From Candidatus Brockarchaeota archaeon (GTDB lineage Archaea; Thermoproteota; EX4484-205; JAAOZP01), in the NCBI GenBank assembly GCA_017601345.1, contig JAFNIT010000006.1:1-58915 (forward strand): a stretch of 58,915 bases of DNA, written 5' to 3'. The position numbers were made by a program, and so were the translations under genes. Shown one piece after another: positions 11,101 through 19,916 of the stretch; positions within the stretch are counted from its first letter, which is position 1; the number at the start of each line of letters is the position of its first letter. The notes beneath the pieces were generated by a model. It saw only the letters and a program-made list of their open reading frames with translations, did no database searches and was not told the origin of the DNA.

Positions 11101-12687
11101 TCCAGGGATGTCGTCTGGCCAACTACGTATCCGCCGAGCCTCAATGAAATTCTGATAAAGCAGGGGAGGGGCGTGCCCCCAGGCATGCTTTCTGAAAAAG
11201 TTTTTAGCGTAGCGAGTATGATGGCTGGAGACGAATACTATGTTCTGCCACGAGTATGGTTGTATGCTAACTTGGATAGGGTTTTGTCAGCAGCATACTT
11301 TAGGGTTTACAGTGCTAGCAACTACACTACGGTAAATGCTCTCATGGGAATAACTCAGGAAGACTTCAATCTGATTTTTGAAAAGATTAAGGGAAACATT
11401 ACTCTGGGAAGCAGGATTCTTGGCGAAGACTCTGCAATAATATCTAGAACGTTGGCGAAAACGCTGAGCGTCGAAGTAGGGGATACCATAAGGGTTGCAG
11501 GAGTTAACTTTACAGTAATGGGGATCGTAGAATCCCCTGACCTCATCGACTACATTATTGAAGCAGACGGCTGGAATATTTTCCCAGGGAACCCGATTTA
11601 CTTCCCGACTATAAGTAGGGATCAAACGCAGCAGGCTCCGGGTGCTATCCCGCAGAACCTCGGAATCTCAACCACTATTCTAATACCTTATGAGATGGCT
11701 CTAAGACTAGGAGGATATATTGCTACAATAACCTTGGTTCCTAAACAACCCACTTCCTACGAGGATATGTTGAAGCTGGCTAGAGAAATCGCGTATGCGA
11801 CAGACCTGTCAATATACATCTCTTATGAAGGTTCTTCTCGGAGAATGTCTACTTACTCGAGCATCCTCCTAGGAGGGTGGGAAATAATATGGATTATATT
11901 AATCATAGGCGCTTTAAACATTTTCACCACAGTCTTAGGCAGCTTGAAAGAGAGGGCTAGGGAAGTCTACATCTTCAGCGTAGTAGGCTTGTCCCCGATG
12001 GGTGTCACAGTGTTCTTCATGACGGAAGTTCTGGTTTACGCTGTGATAAGCACCCTAATAGGGTATGTCAGCGGCTACTTCGTAACGAGACTATTCATGC
12101 TACTGGGCATTCTACCATCTACTCACGTTTTCAACTTCGCATCTCTCTTCACAATCCTGGGTACTCTAATAGTAATAGCCTCAGCTCTCGCAGCCTCCTC
12201 GTATCCCTCCTACATCGCTTCCAGAGTTGTTACACCATCGTTGGAAAGAAGATGGAAGTTTAAGACGAAGCCTAAGGAAGACGAGTGGGAAATACCCCTG
12301 TTGATAAGCATCCCTACTTTAGAGGAGTGCAAGGGGGTCATGGCATACTTGTACGAGTACTATAGCGGAGGAGGGGCTGTGAAGGAAGGTATACACATGG
12401 TTAAGGATCTTTACCCGCCGGACTACGAGAATCTTTCGCTAAGCCTGACGGCAAGCCTATCGCCTTTCGAAGTAGGCGTCTTGCAAGCAGTCAATGTCTC
12501 AGCAAAGTTCAACGAGAGCATAAAGAGGTACGAAGTCATCCTCCACCTCAAGAGGCTATCAGGCCCGCAGAATGTTTGGGAGACTTCGAACTACAGGTTC
12601 GTAAACGATTTGAGAAAACAACTATTAATGTGGGGATCATTCTCAGCCTCTGAGAAAGCAAAGTATATCTCTAAGGCAGCAGGCTAG
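8128..12687 (+). CDS. Large membrane protein: PA + degenerate M28 peptidase-fold ectodomain, TM bundle, MacB/FtsX-like permease, soluble C-terminal domain
   Basis: Signal-like N-terminus; SRMTGYPG, GNIVAMDF (PA), STHFDSW (M28); MRRRPLRAILVLLT and SLKERAREVYIFSVVGLSP (FtsX); VVTPSLERRW. Confidence 0.8.
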   Translation: MTPRRRPMQVNDYRSSIMAIFLIALITVIGEPYFLTVLSSASPLSTTPPSMVDAQNLFPLNLQRVSSLIQEISSFGSRMTGYPGYYRTLDYLYNYFKNELKITPVAHRYKVLVPYDEETYIEVLEPFSARVDAYALYPNGVNPSPTPPEGVVGSLVYVKDGSLENFDEKDIEGNIVAMDFNSQDNWLKAANLGAQAVVFIEPESTMYPECEVKFLDTPICFPRVYVKKADWDLLKNAGKIRLVSRVYWKEIEAVNLLAVINGTRSSDIIMLSTHFDSWSVVPGLASSKTELLPLALLLDYAHYLKDNPPYYTVWMVLYSGHWQALRGAREFVEDYFFSEDVMSGRVTIRGNINFDLIASDCDGLQVLQSSYYSTYGGNSIHNAGMGVRLRWFVSKITEDILLRDEVAGFSRNRLKVNNSLNLVSMQVAPSASGGYNINPIGTEPYPYMLDSEPVSISGIVAFSITTRSSNRLYVGSPISDEKYADLTILDPYLQLALYITNELLNTEWSGVERVKPERYLLVQSRGFPGYATLYGRVVTYNFSKGWYDGVPNAIVELKLNTQWGPSTYKLNRIVMKADEQGYFTVHGVPISGAAAGGNVVIPFSRWVAQAWVFDDKGTILMATDMGQFGMSRFPQEVIILHEHENITVVVAKVVSVEIFDFELPTELTTPSIRDPRAGTFERWRFSRAELIPLEFYSKSIPISFGSYCNGWEPVAIAWIQPNVRFAVLGTGVLLTNSSAENTEGYGLYADYGSKIRVGFSALQIARDLYYISYGRYAGLANKNVGSPSANETLNKAKEYLEKAEECLSEKKYSEAYVCALIARAYGAKAYGMEVMPLINDSARSLLYIFIIIILGAFFLEKILVHAQGNKRLIAIVAFGGFFIGLFAIVHPVFSLMSNISLGMMGSLILVVLLITVIILLSLSEEVRSGIEKRILGVHRAEISRLDTAMISFSLGSEHMRRRPLRAILVLLTMITMIIAITSFTSLTPSRVSRDVVWPTTYPPSLNEILIKQGRGVPPGMLSEKVFSVASMMAGDEYYVLPRVWLYANLDRVLSAAYFRVYSASNYTTVNALMGITQEDFNLIFEKIKGNITLGSRILGEDSAIISRTLAKTLSVEVGDTIRVAGVNFTVMGIVESPDLIDYIIEADGWNIFPGNPIYFPTISRDQTQQAPGAIPQNLGISTTILIPYEMALRLGGYIATITLVPKQPTSYEDMLKLAREIAYATDLSIYISYEGSSRRMSTYSSILLGGWEIIWIILIIGALNIFTTVLGSLKERAREVYIFSVVGLSPMGVTVFFMTEVLVYAVISTLIGYVSGYFVTRLFMLLGILPSTHVFNFASLFTILGTLIVIASALAASSYPSYIASRVVTPSLERRWKFKTKPKEDEWEIPLLISIPTLEECKGVMAYLYEYYSGGGAVKEGIHMVKDLYPPDYENLSLSLTASLSPFEVGVLQAVNVSAKFNESIKRYEVILHLKRLSGPQNVWETSNYRFVNDLRKQLLMWGSFSASEKAKYISKAAG

Positions 12688-13351
12688 TATACGTAAAACC
12701 TTCTACTTTTTTCGCTAACCCTAATACCGTTAGATAACTTCTCCCAGTGCCCCCGCCGCCGAAAGGCATACCGTACATTAAATGAGCCCTCAAAATCCAT
12801 GAGACGGACGGAGGAGACTCTAAGTATTCCTTAACCAGCCTGCCGATTACTAGGCCCCTGCCGGAGGCAAGCATGTAGTATTCGAGCAGTTCAGCAGGTA
12901 TTAGCCTTGGAAATATTTCTAAAAGCTCCAACCTGCTCTTCTTAATGTCCTTCTCAACATCCTTATCGTTCTTCAACATTGAGAAAAGCTCTCCCCCATC
13001 GGGCAGTGGAATCTTATTCTTAAGTGCGGGGAGCTCGCTCCACCTCCTTATCTCCACCCTCTTAATCAATACTCCCTTCACCTCCAGTTCCACGGATTCC
13101 GACAACATTTTCTTCAACAATTGAGAACGCTCCCTGTCTCGAACTCTGTCCTCCGGGATATCAAGTATTCCAATCATCTCGATCTTCATGTCAAGACTAA
13201 ACTGCATCCTCCTCACTATAATCATCAAAGTAAAATTTGGCTGTTTAATCGGCTTAACTAGGAGGTTCCCTCTCTGCGTTTCTTCTAAGGATACTTCAAA
13301 TCGCTCTAAAGTCTTCTTGACAGCTCTTATCCAAGACATTCTTATTGCCAC
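12671..13351 (-). CDS. Hypothetical protein
   Basis: 226-aa ORF with normal composition, convergent 17-bp overlap with the preceding gene; no motif recognised. Confidence 0.65.
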   Translation of the reverse strand: MAIRMSWIRAVKKTLERFEVSLEETQRGNLLVKPIKQPNFTLMIIVRRMQFSLDMKIEMIGILDIPEDRVRDRERSQLLKKMLSESVELEVKGVLIKRVEIRRWSELPALKNKIPLPDGGELFSMLKNDKDVEKDIKKSRLELLEIFPRLIPAELLEYYMLASGRGLVIGRLVKEYLESPPSVSWILRAHLMYGMPFGGGGTGRSYLTVLGLAKKVEGFTYTSLLP

Positions 13352-13501
13352 GAAGCTACCTACAAGTATTATTTTAAAATTAACAGCCTCAAATGCCCGA
13401 TTTTACTGACGCAACACTGTGTTAAACCGTTTGAATGAGGTTTTCAGCATATTTTTCAACACTGATAAAGAAAATTAGAGTTGCCATTAATGATTTTTTT
13501 A

Positions 13502-13546
13502 GCAAAACTTAAATACTTACTATCCGTATAACATATACGAAGGTGA
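13502..13546 (+). promoter_or_regulatory. BRE/TATA-like box and Shine-Dalgarno upstream of 13556
   Basis: CAAAAC-TTAAATA at about 13503-13515 and AGGTGA at 13541-13546; same layout upstream of the paralog (TTTAAATA, minus strand 32299-32306). Confidence 0.55.
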
Positions 13547-13555
13547 AAATATAGT

Positions 13556-15655
13556 ATGGCTACGGAAGTAGAGTTAAAAACAGGCCTAACCGTAAGATCA
13601 CTTGCCTTATCAATTCCCTTAACGCTGATATTCGCAGTCCTCTCGGCCATAATGGGTACCTACACTGATAAGACCGGGACGTTCGGAACCTTCATCCTCC
13701 CGATGATTTACATCGTGATCATCATGGAGCTCCTTGGGAGAGCAAGCCCTAAGGCGAGGCTGACCCCTCAGGAATACGTTTTCGTATTCACAATGTTCAC
13801 ATGCTTGGGTATGCACAGTTATCTAACGATGCATGCTGCAGCTCACCATAATCCTATAAACATGCCCTTGTACGGAGCTTTTAGCGACTATCTAGCGTTT
13901 GGAATAGGTGACTTAAGAGACCCCTGGAGTAAAGCTGTTCCCTCTGTAATAGTCGCACCTGAGCCGGTTCGCTTCGATATTGCGACGATGCTCCTCAACG
14001 GGAGGGCTCCGGGTCAAGCAGTACCATGGGGATACTTAATGACTTCTATAGTGTACTGGGGACTGATATACTTGTTCTACTCTTTCATAAGCATATTCGT
14101 AGCCTTCACCGTAGGAAGGGTATGGATAGAGGAGGAGAGACTAGTGTTCCCACTAGCATTACCCTCACTCCACCTGTTCAAGGAGGCGGGGGAGGTTGAT
14201 CCGACCACGAATAAATCTAGAATCTTCGACTTCAAGCTGGCAACCACGAAAGTGTTCTGGGGAATGTTCCTCATCGGCGCGCTCGGCGGCATAATCCCCG
14301 TTGTAGTTGAGCTCTGGCCAGCGTTCCCAGCATCAGCTTGGTGGGGTGAGAACAGGGTTGACATGCCGTTTCTAGCGCAGGCAATACCCGGTGCCTACGC
14401 ATCCTTCATATTCTTCATACCTCAAATAGCCGTCGGGCTAGTCATGCCCAATGACGCTTTGATAACCCTAATCATCGGATGGGTAATATTCGGCGTAATA
14501 TACCAGGGACTAGCAGTGGCCATGGGCTGGATAGCGTACACGCCAGGCATGGAGTTCCTCTGGCCTTGGGATGGCGGCGCGGGGACAACACTAATGCCGT
14601 TCCCCTACAGGCTCGTCGGCTCAACGGGTTTAGCACTCGGCATAGCTGTATGGTGCATCTACACTCAAAGGAAGAGGTTCCTAAGCGTGTTCTCATCTCT
14701 TTGGAAAGGCGGTGAGGAGAGAGGTCTTTCATTGAGGATTGTTTCACTACTGGTTCTAATAGGCGCCTTCGGATGGTATGCGTTGATGCTCGTAGAAGGA
14801 GCTGACCCGCTCGTCGCCCTGCTAATACCTTTATGGGGCTTCTTGTTCAACGTTTTCTACGCGAGAATATACGCTGAGGTGTTCTGGCACGTGGGCACTG
14901 GCTGGGGACAAGGCACAGCTGTCTGGGAGCCAACATACCTAGTTGGCGTAGGTTTGAGAGGATGGCCTGCTCCCGAGGCAGTAACATGGAACACGCCTAT
15001 GACTGACCCCGGCTGGTTCACGATAGCCAGGAACATCGCTAACGTCGGCCACTGGAACATCTCATTCTCCCCGCTTGCATCGGGACACATGGTGACGCTT
15101 TACAAGCTTGCCTACGATCTTAAGATGAGGCTTAAGGACCTGCTGATTGCCATCATCATAAGCATACTGATACTCCTATTCATATTCGTACCACTCGTAT
15201 CCTACTTCATGTTCAATACGAAAGGCGGGATAAGCCAGCTTGGTGACATGTACACATGGTGGCCGTGGATTGCGCAGGGGATGTATCACAGGGGTAGAGC
15301 TGCACCAACCGGCATGACTATAGAATACTCATTGCTGGTAGTCAACCTACTCGGTTTCGTGCTGGCTATAGTGCTCTACATACTCAAGCTGAAGGTGCCG
15401 ATCTTCTGGTTCATAAACGTCCCGGCGCTCTCCATAGCCATGACCATACCAACATACATGTGGATGACTTCGCTGATTGCTTTGATCATAAAGTTCGTCG
15501 TAATAAGGACTGTGGGTATTAAGAAGTACGAGGAGTATGCTATACCCATTGTAGCAGGCTGGATACTCGGCTTCGGAGCAATGTGGCTGCCGGCTGCAAT
15601 ACTAAACCTAGTCGGGCCGACAGCAACAAGGTTCTCAACGCTATTCGCACCGTAA
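13556..15655 (+). CDS. Polytopic membrane protein, DUF6785/OPT-like, copy A
   Basis: GLTVRS, LTPQE, PWG, WIEEERLVFPLALP motifs; many TM helices. Confidence 0.75.
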   Translation: MATEVELKTGLTVRSLALSIPLTLIFAVLSAIMGTYTDKTGTFGTFILPMIYIVIIMELLGRASPKARLTPQEYVFVFTMFTCLGMHSYLTMHAAAHHNPINMPLYGAFSDYLAFGIGDLRDPWSKAVPSVIVAPEPVRFDIATMLLNGRAPGQAVPWGYLMTSIVYWGLIYLFYSFISIFVAFTVGRVWIEEERLVFPLALPSLHLFKEAGEVDPTTNKSRIFDFKLATTKVFWGMFLIGALGGIIPVVVELWPAFPASAWWGENRVDMPFLAQAIPGAYASFIFFIPQIAVGLVMPNDALITLIIGWVIFGVIYQGLAVAMGWIAYTPGMEFLWPWDGGAGTTLMPFPYRLVGSTGLALGIAVWCIYTQRKRFLSVFSSLWKGGEERGLSLRIVSLLVLIGAFGWYALMLVEGADPLVALLIPLWGFLFNVFYARIYAEVFWHVGTGWGQGTAVWEPTYLVGVGLRGWPAPEAVTWNTPMTDPGWFTIARNIANVGHWNISFSPLASGHMVTLYKLAYDLKMRLKDLLIAIIISILILLFIFVPLVSYFMFNTKGGISQLGDMYTWWPWIAQGMYHRGRAAPTGMTIEYSLLVVNLLGFVLAIVLYILKLKVPIFWFINVPALSIAMTIPTYMWMTSLIALIIKFVVIRTVGIKKYEEYAIPIVAGWILGFGAMWLPAAILNLVGPTATRFSTLFAP
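13956..14101. repeat. 146-bp block identical to reverse complement of 31714-31859
   Basis: Base-by-base comparison by eye. Confidence 0.9.
14168..14268. repeat. 101-bp block identical to reverse complement of 31547-31647
   Basis: Base-by-base comparison by eye. Confidence 0.9.
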
Positions 15656-15714
15656 AAACACTAAACCCCTTCCTCTTTTTCTTCCTAAAATTTTCCAACC
15701 TTTTCTAACTCTAA
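15452..15714. repeat. 263-bp block identical to reverse complement of 30110-30372 (3' coding end plus 59 nt downstream)
   Basis: Base-by-base comparison; identity extends past the stop codon. Confidence 0.92.
15661..15714 (+). terminator. Pyrimidine/oligo-T tract, probable archaeal terminator (duplicated at about 30110-30163 on the minus strand)
   Basis: CCCCTTCCTCTTTTTCTTCCTAAAATTTTCCAACCTTTTCT right after the stop. Confidence 0.55.
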
Positions 15715-15789
15715 ACCATGTTAAGAGCGTATCTTGAACTATTTAAATCGTAGTGAAAAATTTAAAGACTACAAAAATCTGTTAGAAGA

Positions 15790-17232
15790 TTGATGAAGCC
15801 AGGTAAGCATGCTTACTTAATCATTCTCTTTGTAATATTTCTACTGCTATTGTTCTCGTCTTACAGCTCGTTTACCTGTTTCCAATCCCTTAGGGGGATC
15901 GAGAGCCAGCTTGATGAGTATGATAAGGATTTCAAATCCTTGGCAAGCCTTATATCCGGTTTATATTACGACGATTATGGTGGAGTATTGCACGCGAAAG
16001 GAAGAGCCACAGGCTTCTTCCATGTTGAGAAGATTGGTGATGTATGGTGGATAATAAACCCTGAGGGGAACGTTTTTCTTTCGAAAGGAGTCAATGCAAT
16101 AAACTTTCAAGGAGATTACTCGCCAGCACTCGGGTATAGTCCTTATAACAGAGCTCTGTTAAGGAAATACGGAAACTCAGAGACTTGGGCTAGGGCGACA
16201 GTTACAAGACTTCGCGAATATGGTTTTAATACTATTGGTGCATGGTCAAGCGAGGAACTTTTTACTCAGGGAATGCCTTACACGATCATTCTTAACGTCG
16301 CGGCCAGGGCGGGAGCAGAATGGGTTAGCGGCAGGGTTACGGACTTCTTCTCAGAAGATTTTGAAAGGATTGCAAACGAAGTGGCTGAGGAAATATGTGC
16401 CACTAGGAGGGATGATCCTTATCTTTTAGGCTACTTCACTGACAATGAGCTAAGATGGTCTCCTGATTGGAGATCGTCTAAACATCTTTTCGACGACTAT
16501 ATTGCTCTGGAAAAGGATGCACCGGGTAAAAGAGCTTTAGTCCAATATTTAGAGAGCAAGTATGGAAGCATAAGAGAGCTCAATGCGAAATGGGGTATGA
16601 ACTTCAACTCTTTTGAAGACATTCTCGATACTTATACACTTCCCCCAAGCAGTTTAATAGATCCTGATAGGCTAGGCTTCTTGGAGGTCGTTTCTAGAAG
16701 GTATTTCCAAGTTTGTCATGATGCAATAAGAAGGCACGATCCGAACCATATGATTTTAGGGTGCAGATTCGCATTTAGACCTCCCGACGAGGTTTTGAAA
16801 GGATGCATAGGCTATATCGATGTAATTTCAATGAACAACTATGGATTGGAGCCTCCTGTCGAAGACCTTAGGGAAATGCATAATTTAACAGGCTTGCCGA
16901 TAATGATAACAGAGTTTTCGTTTAAAGCAATGGATTCAGGCCTGCCAAATACGCGAGGAGCCGGGTCCCCATTAGCAACGCAGAAAGACAGAGCAGAACG
17001 ATTTGAAAAATATGTTAGTAAACTCCTGTCTGAGCCTTACATAGTCGGTTATCACTGGTTCCAATACGCAGACCAGCCGGCGCAGGGAAGGTTTGACGGG
17101 GAAAATAGCAATTTCGGTCTTGTTAACATAGAGGATGAGCCCTGGACGATTTTAGTTACAAGGGCTACAGTCGTCAATCTTAAAGCTGAACTCATACATG
17201 CAAGGTCCGTTGAAAAATCTAATCCGCCTTAG
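15790..17232 (+). CDS. Membrane-anchored/secreted glycoside hydrolase, GH50 (beta-agarase-like) catalytic domain
   Basis: ATGFFHVEKIGDVWW, GFNTIGAWS, GYFTDNELRW, DPNHMILGCRF, ITEFSF, VGYHWFQYADQPAQGRFDGENSNFGLV. Confidence 0.8.
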   Translation: MMKPGKHAYLIILFVIFLLLLFSSYSSFTCFQSLRGIESQLDEYDKDFKSLASLISGLYYDDYGGVLHAKGRATGFFHVEKIGDVWWIINPEGNVFLSKGVNAINFQGDYSPALGYSPYNRALLRKYGNSETWARATVTRLREYGFNTIGAWSSEELFTQGMPYTIILNVAARAGAEWVSGRVTDFFSEDFERIANEVAEEICATRRDDPYLLGYFTDNELRWSPDWRSSKHLFDDYIALEKDAPGKRALVQYLESKYGSIRELNAKWGMNFNSFEDILDTYTLPPSSLIDPDRLGFLEVVSRRYFQVCHDAIRRHDPNHMILGCRFAFRPPDEVLKGCIGYIDVISMNNYGLEPPVEDLREMHNLTGLPIMITEFSFKAMDSGLPNTRGAGSPLATQKDRAERFEKYVSKLLSEPYIVGYHWFQYADQPAQGRFDGENSNFGLVNIEDEPWTILVTRATVVNLKAELIHARSVEKSNPP

Positions 17233-17499
17233 TTTTTAGTAAGAAAGGTATATTTACAACACTAAATCCTTTTCTATCCGTCACGAGGGTTTCCGATAAG
17301 AATTGCTTAAGATACAACATTCAATAAAATTCGATGAATTGAGCTTAAGCCTGATTCGAAGGCTGCTGCATGCTTTCAGTATCGATTATGACGAGACTCT
17401 AACCATGTTCTTAACCGACTTATAAAACATTTAAAACGATTTACTGTACGTGTTAAAACTATAAATATTGTAAAAACTTAACATGATTGGTGTGGAAGG

Positions 17500-19803
17500 A
17501 TGGGGGACAAGCCTGTTTACCTAGATTCTTCAGCCCCGGTGGATCTAAGAGTGAAAGACCTTTTGAGAAGAATGACTCTGGAAGAGAAGATAGCTCAACT
17601 CCAGAGTCTCTGGCTGAGAATAGGAGGAGAAGCACTTACTGAGGATAAGTTTAAAGAATTGGCTGGAAAAGGTATCGGGGAAATAACGCGTGTCTCAGGA
17701 GCATTAGGAGTTAAACCGGGAGAAGGTGCAAGAATAGTTAATGAAATCCAGAAGTTTCTAGTTGAAGAGACTAGGCTAGGCATACCAGCTATAATCCACG
17801 AGGAGTGTTTAACCGGCTTCTTAGCAATGGGCGCCACAGCCTTTCCTCAAGCAATAGGCTTAGCCAGTACGTGGAATCCCGAGCTCATTGAACAAGTTGC
17901 CTCTGTAATAAGGAGGCAGATGAGAGCATGCGGGGCCCATCAGGGTCTTGCACCAGTCCTCGACGTTGCGAGAGACCCGAGATGGGGGAGAACAGAAGAG
18001 ACCTACGGGGAGGATCCTTATCTTGTCGCACGCATGGGGGTTTCCTACGTTAAGGGTCTTCAAGGAGAGGATTTGAGAAACGGCATAATTGCTACTGCTA
18101 AGCATTTTGCCGCCCACGGTTTCCCGGAGGGGGGTAGGAACTGTGCACCCGTTCACGCTACTCCGAGAGAGTTTAGGGAAGTATTTTTATTCCCATTCGA
18201 AGCCGTGGTTAAGCTTGCTGGAGTATACTCGATCATGAATGCATATCACGATATAGATGGTGTTCCGTGCGCTTCTTCAAGGGCTCTTCTCACCGACATT
18301 CTCAGGGGCGAGTGGGGTTTCAACGGATTTGTAGTATCGGACTATTTCGCCATAAGAATGCTTGAAAACTTCCATTATACTGCTTCAGACGCTAAAGACG
18401 CTGCCGTAAAGGCGATTATCGCAGGCATAGACGTTGAACTACCTTCAGTCGACTGTTACGGTAAGCCCCTTCTAGATGCGGTGAGCGAAGGTCTCGTACC
18501 CGAGGGAATAATAGACACTGCTGTATCGAGGGTTTTAAGGGCTAAGTTCCTACTGGGCTTGTTCGAAAACCCTTATGTTAACGCTGAGGAAGCTGCCGGG
18601 CAACTTGATAGAGAAGAGGATAGGGCTTTAGCTCTCAGGGCGGCTAGAGAATCCATAGTTCTCCTTAAGAACAATGGTGTTTTGCCAATACCTAGCTCAG
18701 TAAGGTCCATAGCTGTAGTCGGTCCTAATGCTGACAGTAAGAGGAATCTTCATGGAGACTATAGTTTTACTGCCCACATGGATAGTAAAGACAGGCCTCC
18801 CGGCTACGACGAAATATTTCAAGAAGGTGCTGTGAGGACTGTAAGCATACTCCAGGGTATTAGAAACAGAGCTCCCCCTGGTGTTAATATTAACTATGCA
18901 AAGGGCTGCGACATAACGGGGGATTCGAAAGAAGGCTTCAAAGAGGCTGTTGATATTGCTATGAAATCAGACGTAGTGATAGCTGTAATGGGTGAAAAAT
19001 CCGGCATGTTTGAAACAGGCGTTTCAGGAGAGGGCTGCGATCGCTACTCGCTCAAGCTTCCCGGAGTGCAGGAGGACCTAATGAAAGAGCTCTGTAACAC
19101 AGGAAAGCCCATAGTTTTAGTCTTGGTAAACGGTAGGCCGCTTTCACTCGGATGGATAGCTGAGAAATGTTCGGCTATAATCGAAGCATGGTACCCGGGC
19201 GAGGAAGGAGGTAATGCTGTAGCAGACGTTCTTTTCGGACATTATAATCCTGGAGGGAAGCTCCCAATAACGTTTCCAAAAGACGTGGGGCAGATACCGT
19301 TAAACTACAGTAGAAGACACTCTTCCTTTAGGAACTACGTGGGAATGGATGCTAAACCATTATTCCCGTTTGGACACGGACTAAGCTATACGCGTTTCGA
19401 ATACAGCTCGCTAGAAATAAACCCTAGCAACATTAGCCCCATGGGGCAGGTTAAAATACGCTTCAAACTGAAGAATTCGGGAGAGAGAACGGGCGACGAG
19501 GTTGCTCAACTCTATGTGAGAGATACGGTTGCCAGTGTTGCTAGGCCAGTAATGGAGCTTAAAGGATTTAAAAGAGTGAGTTTAAAACCGGGAGAGGTAA
19601 AAGAAGTAGAGTTCACTCTCTTTGCGGAGCAGCTTGCATTCTACGACGAATATATGAGGCTGGTTGTTGAACCGGGGGTTTTCGAAGTAATGATTGGAAG
19701 CTCCTCTGAAGACATAAGACTGAGAGGCGAGTTTAAAGTAGTTGGAGAAACTAGAGTAATTAAGAATAGAACCATTTTCTTCAGCGAAGTCGAAGTAAAG
19801 TAA
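17500..19803 (+). CDS. Glycoside hydrolase family 3 beta-glucosidase/beta-xylosidase with Fn3-like domain, cytoplasmic
   Basis: MTLEEKIAQL, RDPRWGRTEETYGEDP, AKHF, VVSDY nucleophile, PFGHGLSY; no signal peptide. Confidence 0.95.
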   Translation: MGDKPVYLDSSAPVDLRVKDLLRRMTLEEKIAQLQSLWLRIGGEALTEDKFKELAGKGIGEITRVSGALGVKPGEGARIVNEIQKFLVEETRLGIPAIIHEECLTGFLAMGATAFPQAIGLASTWNPELIEQVASVIRRQMRACGAHQGLAPVLDVARDPRWGRTEETYGEDPYLVARMGVSYVKGLQGEDLRNGIIATAKHFAAHGFPEGGRNCAPVHATPREFREVFLFPFEAVVKLAGVYSIMNAYHDIDGVPCASSRALLTDILRGEWGFNGFVVSDYFAIRMLENFHYTASDAKDAAVKAIIAGIDVELPSVDCYGKPLLDAVSEGLVPEGIIDTAVSRVLRAKFLLGLFENPYVNAEEAAGQLDREEDRALALRAARESIVLLKNNGVLPIPSSVRSIAVVGPNADSKRNLHGDYSFTAHMDSKDRPPGYDEIFQEGAVRTVSILQGIRNRAPPGVNINYAKGCDITGDSKEGFKEAVDIAMKSDVVIAVMGEKSGMFETGVSGEGCDRYSLKLPGVQEDLMKELCNTGKPIVLVLVNGRPLSLGWIAEKCSAIIEAWYPGEEGGNAVADVLFGHYNPGGKLPITFPKDVGQIPLNYSRRHSSFRNYVGMDAKPLFPFGHGLSYTRFEYSSLEINPSNISPMGQVKIRFKLKNSGERTGDEVAQLYVRDTVASVARPVMELKGFKRVSLKPGEVKEVEFTLFAEQLAFYDEYMRLVVEPGVFEVMIGSSSEDIRLRGEFKVVGETRVIKNRTIFFSEVEVK

Positions 19804-19916
19804 TTCAATCCTTTTTCATTAATTTTTAATACTAAATGGTCGAACCGAGTTAAAATATTGTTAGCTGCACATTAAGAAAGCATTTTTAAATCGAGGAATC
19901 CTGTCTTTCCTTACGA

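Noticed and set aside
13420-17445. LacI-like palindromes (TAAACCGTTTG near 13423, TAAAACGATTTA near 17432) and AACCATGTT copies (15714, 17401)
   Set aside because: Short, AT-rich and imperfect; one AACCATGTT copy is inside a CDS; cannot be distinguished from chance
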